A stretch of DNA of 64,000 nucleotides from Psammoneis japonica (GCA_008632985.1 QPGO01000082.1:124001-188000), one strand, 5' to 3'; shown: positions 48,753 through 60,780, counted from the first letter of the stretch. A program made the numbers and translations. The notes: generated by a model from the letters alone, not told the origin.

Positions 48753-51700
48753 ATGGACGAGGCCAACTCCCGTGTTTGTGGTGCAATCAACAGAAAGTTT
48801 GAGATGCTTTGTCTGCATGGAGACGGAGAATTTAGACCACACGTGTGTCCAGTCTGTGATGTTCTGCTGAAACCTAGAGAAGTTTGCCACTTGCCGCTCG
48901 AAACATTGGAATCAGCAAGAAACTTGCTCACCCCTTCAGACTGGAACAGCGCATCTGATCGTCTCAAGTCCTGCTGCGCTGTGGAGCATGAAGATGCTGA
49001 TTGGATCAAAGACCTGCTGCTTTCTCCCCAGCCCAATGCGCAGTGCAGGAAGACAGACGACACGTCGACGGATTCACTTGCTGCAGCGAATGCCGAAGAA
49101 GCCTGGGAAGAGCCGTTGCGCCAATGTGCGCGACAGCGAACAACTGCTGTTTCGGTGCCCCGCCGCACGAACTGTTGTCTCTGACCGAAGTAGAACCAGC
49201 AATGCTCACACCAGTGAAAACACACGGGTGCTGCTTCAGTCACCTGGCGGCAAACAGAAGAAGCTTCAGGGAAGTCTGACGTGCTACAAAGTCAAGATGC
49301 AAAGCATCGCAAGAACTGTTGTGCACTTCGACGTGCTGAATTTACATCAGAATGTGATCACACTGATGACTGGAAAGATGACTCCGGAGCGAAGACAACT
49401 TGTGCGTTCAAAGAACAGAATTAGGACGCACTGCATGCTGAGGGCAATGGAATGGCTGTTGCACCACAACCAAGAGTGGGTGCACCAACAGACAAATCTA
49501 GACGAAGTTGGGCGTAATCTGCGGAATCCCGCACTTGTCGACAGCACCAGCAAAGAAGAAGGAGAAAATGCGAACATTGAGACCTCAGAGTCATTTCATG
49601 TTTACTTTCCTGATGGAACCATGTCTCCTGCGACCGGTGGTCAGTGCAACCTGGACTGCTTCAAAGATCTTGTGCACGAAGCTGCTGCCAATGGATTTGA
49701 TTTGGAGGTGCAAGCACAGTTGTCCAAAGAATCTGCGAGTGATTTCAAAGGCAACAACTTCATTGACGCATGTCTGCTGCAGTTTCCTTTTGGCAGAGGA
49801 GGAATCAATGAGACGAGAATGAAGAAAGACGGAAGTCTTGCAGATGGCACCAACCTTGCACACTGTGCCGACCACTTGGCACGGATTTCCCAGCCTCACT
49901 TCCATGAGCAGCTCTTTGTGTTAATGTGCTGCAACTTGACAATGAAGCAAAGGATGCTGCAGAGCGCAGGGTGGAAAGTCAGGGACAAGAATCAGGCTGC
50001 ACAGTTTGCAAACGAACTGACAGTGGATGATGTGGATGGAGCTGTTTGTGATCGCAACTTGGGCGAGAGAAGAGATTGTGGACTTGGGCACCACTTTTTG
50101 CACGCACTCGACATTGTGTCTGCGTCTCTGCCACACAGTGACAAAGCAGCAAAGAAAATGAGGAGAAACGCCGAAACCCACCAGCATCATTTTGGTCAGG
50201 GTGGCATTTTCTTAACCGTCAGTCCGGACGATGCAAATTCGTTTCTTGTGCAACTGCACTCGGGTGTCATCCTGGACCCAAACGAAGACGTGACACAACT
50301 GACGGACGAAATTCTTGCTAGCAGGGCCAAGCAACGTAATGAACTGCGTCCAAAGTTTCCCGGTCTAACAGCCTTTGCATTCGAGTGCTTGTTTGACATT
50401 GCAATGGAAGAGGCAGTGGGTTGGGATCTGAGTGCCAACCAACCAAGAGAAAACTTTAACTTCTGCATTGGCAGGCCAGCCGCATTTTTAGCCGCAGTTG
50501 AGGAGCAGGGACGTCTGACAGCACACGGACACATGCAGATCTGGTTCGCATCGATCAACAATGCAAGAGAGAAACTGCATTCGCCAATGAGACAGATCCG
50601 ACGCGAAGGTGCTGAGCACCTTGCCAACATGGTTCAGAAGATCTGCAGCACGGAATTAATCTGCAGCGAGGACTTCAGCACTGGCGCGTTGCGCGAAGCA
50701 TTCGATCATGACTGCACAGTGCCAAAAATGCATCGCACCTCTCCAAAAGTGGCAGACGACCAACAGCTAAGAAACCTGAGGCACAAAGACGGCCAGCAGT
50801 CAAAGAACGGAATGTTTGCTCATTGTCATCACTGCACCAAGTGCTGGACAAACGTCGAGTTTGTAGAAAGCTTTTTGCAGTCACGACACCGTGCACCTGG
50901 CCTGACTCGCCATCCAGACAACCATGCAAAGCGACTAAAAGCAATGTGTGTGCAACACCAGCGAAGTGGTCCGCAAGGGACAACAGAGGCATGTGTGCCG
51001 GACGCAGCTCACAACCATCACATGCATGTTATGAAGTCGTGTTTTCCCAAATGCGTGGAGTTGCGTAAAATGCATAAAAAAACCCCACACGAGGAACTGG
51101 ACACGCAGTCAAGGAAAAGGAAACGAGAGGAGCTCAAACTGGGTGACTGCCATCACAGGCAACCAGCTGCTTCGTGTCCAAATAATTTGGCAAGGAACGC
51201 AGATGACACTCAGACAAAGTGGTTCAGCTGGGATGGAACTTTTGCGCATCGGCACGTGAAGGAAGTTGTTCCGAAGAGGAGAAAGTGTGATGCTTTTCAA
51301 AACGTGTCGTGCCCTGCAATGAGCAGATCAAAACTGACATGCAACACAAACATTGCTTTGTTGATGCCTGGACCGTCTGCTCAATGCATGATTGAGCACA
51401 TCCTAAAAGACACCCAGAAAGATGACACTGCATCGTACGATGAAGTGCTTCGAACTACAAACAGGACAGCGACGGAATTGCGGAAACACGCATCTGATGC
51501 ATCGGAAGCAATCAGATGTCTCACATGGGGTGCTCACTCGCACAACAAGACGAACATCATTGGACCACCACTTGCGTCTTACACAACAAGGAATGGAAGC
51601 CATTTCATCGAATCTCATTTGACCGCATGGTGCCCCTTGAAAGACATTGTCAGCACACTAGAAAGAGATGAAGTGTCTGCGACTGCAGCCCATTTTGGCG

Positions 51701-54480
51701 ACACACCGTTCTTCCAATGCCAGGCCTTGCACCACCTGTGTCGTCCAACAGCACTGGAGAATCTCAGTCCATTTGCGTTTTTTAGTGAATGCAAAGTTCT
51801 TTGCAACACAAGGAAAAACGAACACGGCATGATGATGTTCGACAACAGAGCGCACAGGCACCCATCTCACAATTCAACGAAGAACAAGTTTCTTCAAGGT
51901 GTCAGACAGCGACAGCAACCGCGATTGTCAAAAGCACTTCAGTGTGATTTTCCTGATGCAGCCAAGTTTGGCAGTTGCCTTGTGGATCCGCAGCAACCAA
52001 CAACACTGGACAAAGAATTGTGCTGCAAGTTGGCATTGGCCTTGTTTGTGCCTCACAGAACAATGACAGAACTCAAACCAACAACCCATGCATGCCTGCG
52101 TGAATTCCAACTCTCCGCAGCAGCCGGTGTTGTCACAGAGGAAAACTTGAACTTCTTGCAGAACCCACAGGATGCCAAGTCCAACTGCCTTCGTCTCAAA
52201 AGCACATCTGACGATCTGCAAAGAAAGACGGAGCAATTTAGACCTGCTGACGTTGCGTTTGACTGTTGCGAAAGTGACGAGGAAGAAGGTCTTTCAGGTG
52301 CTGTTCAGGGTCAACTGCTGGATGCACTCTTGGAAGAAATGGCAGAGCAGCCAGAAGACGATGACATTGGGTTGAGCGACCAAGCAGTCATTCCTGCGCA
52401 TTTGAGCGGCAAACGTGCAAGACAGAAAGGTTCGCACATGGGTGGTTGCAAATGCTTGGCAGACATGCACACTGACCCACCAAACGAGGAAAGCCAGGTT
52501 GATGAACGACAACTTTTTGAGAATCTAGAGGGCGGCGATGACACCGACGAGGAAGACCAGAATGAAGGAGTGCAACAACACATCCACAGCAGACCTCTGT
52601 CAAGAGACGACATTGTTCGAGTGACACTGACTAGAATGCAAAGAACAAGAAGGTCGTTTGAGGATGCAACAGGTTTGGAAGAACACGTCGATGCACGTCA
52701 AGCAAACGGATCTGCAGCAAGCATCGTAGACTGGGCTAGGAAAGCAAGACTGGATGGGCAACAGCAGCGTGCCTTTGAAATTCTAGCAGGAACCTTTGTG
52801 CTCACTTGCTGCCAAGACACTCTTCAAGACGAGACGTCACGCAATGGACTTGACAGGAGAAATGGCAGACACGAATTCGCAACAAACCTTCGCCGATTGA
52901 AGAAACTCGTGGAAGTGCAAAGACGCAGAACGTTGCAACTTGTGTGTTTTTTACATGGTGCAGGTGGAAGTGGCAAATCAACCACAATGGACCTCGTCGT
53001 GGAATGCGGAAGAGAGCATTGCTCACTCATTGAGCAGCCGTTCACAACAAGCACAATCAGAGTGACTGCACTGACCGGAGTGGCTGCGACTGTTCTCAAA
53101 GGGGACACAATCCACCGAGTTGCATGCCTCATGAGAAGAAAGCAAACAACCGAAGAGCAAATTGAAGCATGGTCAGACACGAGACTTTTGGTGGCAGACG
53201 AGATTTCTTTTGCAAGCAAGAGAGAACTAGAAAAACTCCATGAGAATTCAACAGCATTGAAGAGCGAATTGAGCAAGCCGCACGGTGGTGTCAACATTGT
53301 TTTCGCAGGTGACCTCAGGCAACTAGAACCAGTCGGAAAAGGAGTGAAACCACTGTGCAAAGATGTGTGTCCCGAGTTTCACGAGTGGATCAACTGCTGC
53401 ACAGAACTTCGTGGTGCACACAGGTTTAAAGACGATCCATCATGGGGAAAACTGCTTGAGAGATTCCGCACTGGCAAGATTGCAGTTGACGATGTGGAGT
53501 GCATCAACAAACGAGCAGTTCAGAATGAAGATGATCTGCCCAGTGACCTCCGCCATGCCACGCACGCAAATGAGGACAGAGATGCAATTGACACTGGCCC
53601 ATTCGAAAAAAGAGTGGAAACACTGCATGGAAGAGATGGAGACGTCCTTGACTCAATGTTGATTTTCAGTGACGACTTGCAGGTGCAGAATGGCACGAGA
53701 CTCTGCCAACCATTTCCGGTTTGCAACAGCTTCTGGAACAACTGTGGTGAAGGAGACGTCATCATGCAATCAGGAAGAATGGATCCAGTCTTACGAATTT
53801 ACAGAAGATGCAGAGTCATGACACCTTTCAACGAAAATGCAGCAAACGGTCAAGCAAACGGAACGCAAGCCACTGTTGATGAGGTCGTTCTCAAACCAGG
53901 ACAGGAACCAAGACTGGCAACTTTAGACAACAACATTGGCATTCCTGCTGCACTTGCCAGTCAGGTAGACCACGTTGCATTGGAACACTGCAACAAAAGC
54001 ATCGACCCCGCGAAGTTTTTAGTTGAGCCAAAAACAAATGCTTTCAGGGCTTGCATCGCCAAGCCCAGCCTAATTTTAGAAGGCGACAAACAAAGGCACA
54101 CTTTCCAACTGAAGGCAACCCAGCTGCCGTTTGTCATCAACAATGCCACTGCAGGGCACAAACTGCAAGGGAGTGGAGTCCCGCAGTTGTTTGCACACTG
54201 TTGGAGCTGCACTCAGAATTGGGTGCATGTTGTGCTCTCCAGAGCAAAGACCAGAGAAGGGCTGTTCATGCGAAAGCCACTGAGCAAGGACCTGCAAAAA
54301 TGCAAGGTCCCAGAAGGCTGCAAAGCCTTGATGAGACTCATGAAGGAGAGAAGCGCCACGCATTTTTCTCAGCAACAGTGCGCAGAAATGTCAATGCAGT
54401 GCGCAAACACCAGATTGGGATGCTCAACCACTGTGCAACCACTTGGCGACCCCAACTGTAAAAATGCAGAAATTTCGTAA
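48753..54480 (+). pseudogene. Helitron Rep (HUH)-Pif1 helicase; frameshift/deletion near 49.0-49.2 kb, then a long open frame
   Basis: IFLTVSPDD, VEEQGRLTAHGHMQIW (HUH), QCMIEHILK (eroded YxxxY), HGAGGSGKST, LLVADEISF, FAGDLRQLEPV, HRFKDD, ATAGHKLQG, HVVLSRAKT. Confidence 0.93.
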
Positions 54481-54615
54481 AATGAAATGTTTCGATTAGA
54501 TCAGCACATTGCGCAGAAATCCACACATGCGCCACACAACGTCGAATGGATTTTAACCAACAAACCAAGAAACGCGAACGCAGCCGTCACAGAAAACGTA
54601 GCAACAGAGAAAACA

Positions 54616-55016
54616 TGGATTTGCAACAACAAACAAAGAAGGCAGATGAGCCAAAGAAAACTGGTGAGGACAAGAAAAAGGTGCAGACACGTGCAGAACT
54701 TCTGCAGTCATTGATGAATGAGGAAGACGAAGAGGAGATCACCTTGGAAGAAGCAAGAGCGGCGTTTGACCTTGCCTCGGGAAATTTTGATGTCACTTCT
54801 GCACTTGTGCAAGACAACACAACAGCGGACAGCCATCATGTGGAAACAACGGTCGTGCCCAAGGATGATTCAACCATGGAGGAGCTAAAGGCAGCACACG
54901 CAGCGGCGATTCCACAGCGGTCGGGGAGATTTTTCACCGAGGAGGAGATGGCGGAGCAGGAGAAAGAGCAAGCAAAGTCCCTTCAGAAGAAGCATGGCCA
55001 GAAACAATGGAATTGA
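54616..55016 (+). pseudogene. Short acidic/coiled-coil ORF downstream of RepHel
   Basis: MDLQQQTKK...EEDEEEITLEEARAAF; coding-like composition only. Confidence 0.35.
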
Positions 55017-56853
55017 GCAAGTCACAAATGACTGTTTGGCAAAGACAACCGCATCAACACGCAAAATGCACGCACATGGACTTTCACTTGAGCCGCCGCG
55101 GATTGAGCATGGCCACAAACAAGGACTGGCCATTTGGCAAAGAAGCTGCAACAATGCGCAAATTCGCACATTTCCACACTCACTCAATCCAACGCAGCTT
55201 GCCTTGGACAACATCAACGTGCACAACTAGACAACATCAACATGCACAGACAGCCTCATGAAACCTCACAGAAGACAGAACGGTCAGAAGCAAAACAACC
55301 AGCACCACGCACCAATGCACGTTGGTCATGTCGCGTGGGTCGCGCAAAAGTGCACACCGAAATGACCGTCATGTGTCACAATTAATTCGAATGCCCGGCG
55401 CAAAATGCAGCAAAATGACTGGTGCAGGCAATCGTCATGGCTCCATTTTCTGACAGTGGCGAGGGCGGCAATCCAAAATCTTTCGGCTTCAGACTTCGAT
55501 CTAGAGAGTTCCACCTGAAAGAGGAGGAACCAATTGGCAATGTGTTTGAGTGCGTTTGTTTATAATTATTAATTTTAAACACAAGAATTGTTCGATCGCC
55601 CACGAAAACGAGAACATCAGGCACCGCGATCGAAGCACGACGATGACGGCAATTGCGCTGTCTCTCAAAATTGGCCCAGTGGCACGAGGGACGAAAGCAC
55701 ACAAATCAATCTGCACTGTGTGACGATAATAAAACCAATGAGTGTCCCTCGTGAGGTGACACTTTGCAACTCACCGCTCGTCGCGAACATCATCATTGTC
55801 GCTCGTGCTTTTGTCGTGTTATTTTCTGTCGCGACCCGTCAAAAACGCGTAAAAACCCGGAAAAGACGTGCGAAAAAAATAAGCCGACGGCCCGCCTTAA
55901 AAAGTGGGCCGGTGATCTGACGTTATTTCCTCGGCATCTTTCATTGGATAAGAATATCGCACGTGCGTTCGTTTCTTTTCGTGAGACACTTCTGTCATTG
56001 CGCTTGTTGTTCTTTCTGCTCCGCTCACACAAGAAACACGCCAACATCACATCATCGGCAAAGACAACGACTGGAGCTCACAATACGCAGATAACAAACG
56101 CACCCTTATCGAAAAGCGGCTTGAATTGCACGCTTAGCCAATACGGTTCAACAGCAACAGTAAGAGCGAAACAACAAACATCAAAACGGGACAGAAAAGT
56201 GAGTACCTTTTGGTTGACCTCTCTAATTGTCGGTATTTTGGGCGCTTGGAAGCACCTTATTGCAAACAAACTCCCATTCGTATGTTATGGTCATGTTCTG
56301 AGTTAAAATTGCGTTTCTGGCATTTGCGAATTCATTTCTGGCAAGACTTTACATTGACGACGTGTTTTATCGTGGATGTGTGCGAGCTACGTTGCGCATC
56401 GTGAAGCGTTCTTTTTGTGCGTTTGTGCGCATTTCTGAGCTTTTCGTGGGATACATGAGTAACAAGAACGTGAAAGTCTTCACTTCTGTTGCTGGCGTCT
56501 TCTTCAGGCTGGTCGTTCGTCAAAAGTGCCGTGATCTACGCCATGGTATTGAAAAACTCGGTCTGTGTCGGCGTTGTGTCACATTGACGTCACAGACTTT
56601 CCCTTTTCCGAAGTACGAACGCATTTCGTTCTGTGCGAGAAATTTAGTATTGTTTTTTCTGAAGCCTTGCCCGACGATCGTACTTGGGGGCAATATGTGA
56701 CGGCAGATCTTGTACTGCGCGACGTATTTTATTTAGGGCCTATGATGGTTCACGTTTTACTGCAACAACTCTGTGATTTTGATGGATGGCCACATCATTT
56801 TGCGATCAAATAAACACTCTCCTCACAAGCTCCTCACACTCTTCTCTTCAATA

Positions 56854-59800
56854 ATGTCCAGTAACAACAGGTTCACTCCGTATCAAGCATCGGCTCAACC
56901 AAGTATGAATCAACAAATACAGCCTCCACCGAACGCTCCAATGGCACCAGCGCCAGTAGCGAACGCTTCTGCAGCAAACAGTAACGCGCCAGTTGTTCAG
57001 CAGCAAAACCAAAATCAACTGGGCCAGGTACCTGTACTCGCTCCTCAGGCTCCAATGCCTCCTCATCTACTTCCCTTTGCTAATACGACAATGGCCGCTG
57101 GAAATCCTCTCTTTCCTCCACCAGTTATGTTGAGTAATGGAACTTTTCTTGCCATGCCTGAGATGTTTGCTCCTCAGGGAAATGCAGCTGCGCAGGCAAA
57201 CATGATGCCTCGAATGGCTGCCGTGATTGGATCTCAGCCGCCGTTTAACGTCGTACCAGATGCAACACAACAACAAAATGGACAGGTAGCCCCGGCTGCC
57301 CCACAGCAGATGAATGCCCCCGCCAATTCTCAGCTACAGGTGCCGGCAATGACGCAGCCTCTTGCGGCTGCGCCTCGGCCGGATCGAAAATCTACAGTTT
57401 CAGCTGCACCCACTCCTTCGACCTTGGGAGGTGTTCCAATACCGGCTCTTCCTCCTCACTCGACAACCGCAATGCAGGTGCAAGTTGCTGCGGCCGCAGC
57501 TGCTGCAGCAGCGGCTCCGCTAAAGACGTCTCAGACCATAACAAAGGCAGGAAAGAAGGATGGTTCACACGACGGGAGGAACGGGAAGAGCGGGGGACGA
57601 GTACGACGGTCCGATCTGACTCCAGAGGAGAAAGCAAAGCAGAACCGAGATCGCAATAGAGAGCATGCTCGCTCAACACGACTTCGTAAGAAGGCTTATG
57701 TTCAGAAACTTAAAGAGCTGGTTGATGGGCTCCATGCGGAAAGAACAGAAGAAGTTCGTAAGCGAAGGGTGGCGGTTCAGCATTTAGCCGAGGTGCAGAA
57801 CGTCCGACGCGCAGTTGTTCGTACCTTCCTTGGCTTCCATTCGAGCTTCGAAAGCGATCCCAGAAAGTGGATGACAATACTGGAAGACGCCTTCTGGTTC
57901 AAACAACCTGTAACACCGTACAGGTCTTTTCGCAGAGTAGAAATTGAGCAGGTAAGATCGCTGCTTGCCCTGAATCTTCGGCTACTTCGCTCTATGCCCT
58001 CAGATCTCTAACCATATTGTTGTTCGCCGTCGTACTATAGGAGTGTCGGGTATCACGAGGGATTGACGCTATGATCGCAGACGCAGCAAGCGTTTCGGTC
58101 ATGGTGGAAGGAATCGGGTCACGCAGTACCAGATGGATGCTTATCAAGCGAGAGAACCTACTTCTTTCGAAGGAAGGACGCGGCGCGTCAAATGGCATGC
58201 CTAACGTTGTAAATCCTAACACTCGCTTTCAGCATGCAGTTTCAAGTCTTTCCTCAAGCTCCGGGTCTTCGAATGGTTCAGGAACAGAGGAGGAGCGCAG
58301 GTCGTCGGGGCTGAAGAGACCAGCGACAGACATCACCAAGGGCCAGAGCAACGGCATGTCGGGAGCAGGTGGAGCAACACAAGCAGACAAAGTCAGCACC
58401 TCGAGCACTAGCAGTGGGAGTATGAAACCATCGAACGAGTATCATGACTACCACGCGCCTTCCCTTCCAGACCCTATGCTTGATTCGGGAGGGAGCAGTC
58501 ATGGGAGTGACTCTCCCGCTGAGTCACAGAAAGGCTCGAACGGAGCAAACACTACAGGAACTAGGGATGCAACCACCGACTCTTCATCTGGGGACGAAGA
58601 CGCTATGAATGGCGGACCAGCAAAGAAGGCTAAACTTGGCATCAACCTTCAAATGACGGTGTCAGTGCTGGGACCCAGAGTTTGCTTCATCAAGGAACTC
58701 TTGGAGCAGCGCCCGTGAGACAAGGGCTTCCACCAAATATTGCAAAGTCCGGCGGCATCTCACACAATATCCAGCCACATCTAGCTGTTGGCAAAACAAG
58801 CAACCCACGACTTAGTTCGGCGCCGGCAACTGCTCTCCCACCGTTCCTTGGGATTGGGAAGCGCGTAGCAATACCTTCGGTGGCCACCGCGACAGCGACA
58901 GTTGGAGCCGCACTCACGAGTCCTCATCACCCTACAGCTGGTGGCGCCATCAGCACTGTCACAGCCTCGACGGTCGCGCCTACTGCTGCCGCAATACCGG
59001 CGGCTGCAAATGTGTCAAGAGCTTCAACTGAGTCAATCCGTGCTCCTGCCGCACCAACGTCGATCACGAGCAGTGCACCAATGGTTACGGACGAGACAGC
59101 ATCGAATTCGTCCAACCAAACGCCACAAATCCAGGCCTACTACCACGTCAATGAAGACGATATGCTCTTGACTGAAGATGTACTCATGTGCCCCTTCATA
59201 TTCAGGTCGCAAGACGCTGTCATGTGTGGCGCTCTTGCGGAGTGCATCATGCCTGGCATGCTTCGCGCCCATTTCTCGGCAAGGAACAAGCTCATGAGTT
59301 TGGAAATGGTTTATGACTCCATGGGCTTTATGCAGCAGCTCGAACGCGCAAGCGGTACTGAGGGTACGGCCCAGATTGTCCCGAGCAGTTTGGAAATGGC
59401 ATTGTCTCCCAACACAACCGAGGCACGAGTAATTACGCTGGCAAAGGCGCCATATCGCATTGTGAGTGTAAATGAAGCTTTCACTCGTATCACAAGATAC
59501 ACGCAAATGGAGGTTGAGGGGAAGGAGATGAGCATTCTGAACGGGAAACGAACAGATCCGGAGGCTGGTGCTCGGAGCGGAAAGCCACCGCATAAGTTTG
59601 AAGAAGTGGCGCAAGGTCGATGCGGATGCTCCGTAAACTTTCATTATTGCAAGGGAGGAAAAGAGTTTGTGGACTTTATGTGTTCTTATCCCTTGACAAA
59701 GTAAGAAACTGCACTTTTGACTTGTAAATTACGACTTGGCGGTCTGGTTCTAACTAACCTTGATTGTATTGTTTGAAATTGTCTCTCCAGTGCCAATGAT

Positions 59801-59878
59801 GAAGTAACGCATCTTCTTCACGTGTGCAAAGAACTACCAGAGCCGTCCAGTCCTATCCATGACTTTCCGGAGTCGTGA
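56854..59878 (+). CDS. bZIP-PAS transcription factor; introns 57952-58040 and 59701-59790; apparent 1-nt deletion near 58638
   Basis: bZIP NRDRNREHARSTRLRKKAYVQKLKELV; PAS ARVITLAKAPYRIVSVNEAFTRITRYTQMEVEGKEMSILNG. Confidence 0.88.
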
Positions 59879-60389
59879 AGCTTGTAAGAAAGCATGTGGG
59901 GTACATTTTCATAGAGACTGTTTTCATTAGATGCCTTAGTTTTGCGAATATTGTCGACTTTACGGGAAGGTTTATGTTTTGTTGTCCAAAGGTGTCATCT
60001 GTTCACGCCGAGTTGACGCACCTTTGTTGCCATTGTGGTTTCGTCACTCTTTCTAGAGTAGAGAGTAGTAGTGAGCTACAATGTTCCTTGGGCTCTACCT
60101 ACTCTCTCGTACCTGGAGTTGTGGCCTACCTAACCTACCGGTACGCTACTTTGGACCTCGGAAGTACTTTGGCTCTAGCTCTAGAGTAGTAGTGGTGTAC
60201 TATCTATTGTCTATCGTCTACTGCATACTCTCTAGAGAGAGCAAGGTTGTTGGCAGATTTGGTTGCAGTTTAGTCTAAGTGCCATTGCAGAAGCAGCCTT
60301 TGGTCGGACGCTCACCGCACCATCGGAGGATGAACGTACCTATATACTTCTGCTCTCACACGAATTGGAATCGAACGGCGGAATTCGTG

Positions 60390-60600
60390 GCGGGACTCTA
60401 TTCGGCATCACATCCAAAAAAGGTTTGTAGCGCGGCTCTATTCTGTACCACATCCAAAAAGGGACGTTTGGCGAGACTCTATTCGGCACCGCATCGAAAA
60501 GAGGTTCGTAGCGGGACGCTATTCATTACCACATCCAAAAAGGGCCGTTGGCGAGACGCTATTCGGCACCACATCCAAAATAGGTTTGTGGCGGGACTCT
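60390..60600. repeat. ~40-bp tandem array (5+ units, alternating A/B)
   Basis: gcgggactctattcggcatcacatccaaaaaaggtttgta and variants. Confidence 0.9.
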
Positions 60601-60609
60601 CTGGCTGGA

Positions 60610-60780
60610 GCTAGGTAGCTACTATTAGTAGCTACTACTCTAGCTACTCTCTCTAGTAGAGTAGCTACTAGGCCCCCTCTAGCTAGTAGTACTAGCTACT
60701 CTCTCGAGTAGTAGTCGTAGACGGTAGAGTAGAGTAGCTAGAGTAGGAGCCGGAAGGGACGAGAGACTACAGTAGAGATG
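60610..60780. repeat. CTAG/TAG/CTAC-rich low-complexity tract (similar tracts at ~400-445, 29960-30095, 41260-41310, 60050-60240)
   Basis: ctagctactctctctagtagagtagctactag-type sequence. Confidence 0.75.

Larger units (their letters stand above)
30190..55917. other. TpA-depleted hypermutated block 2 (CpG also lost at ~30.7-39.0 kb, largely retained at ~39.1-55.9 kb)
   Basis: Dinucleotide composition by eye; Tyr>Cys/His in recognisable motifs. Confidence 0.93.
41418..55917 (+). mobile_element. Putative ~14.5-kb Helitron-type element with cargo genes
   Basis: Rep-Pif1 ORF inside; uniform TA-only erosion; imperfect inverted, hairpin-containing ends (gatcacttggacc... / ...gggccggtgatc). Confidence 0.6.

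Noticed and set aside
48988..54480. Alternative genetic code or RNA editing restoring Tyr
   Set aside because: Flanking host genes use TAY normally, and the same changes affect non-coding DNA and LTRs on both strands.
15100..55917. Classical fungal RIP or plain 5mC deamination as the explanation
   Set aside because: Both are C>T. RIP would raise TpA, whereas TpA is lost here, faster than CpG, and in only one duplicate.
56854..59878. Aureochrome (bZIP-LOV photoreceptor)
   Set aside because: The PAS domain lacks the LOV GxNCRFLQ motif (reads GKEMSILNG).
60390..60600. CRISPR array
   Set aside because: Contiguous tandem units without spacers.
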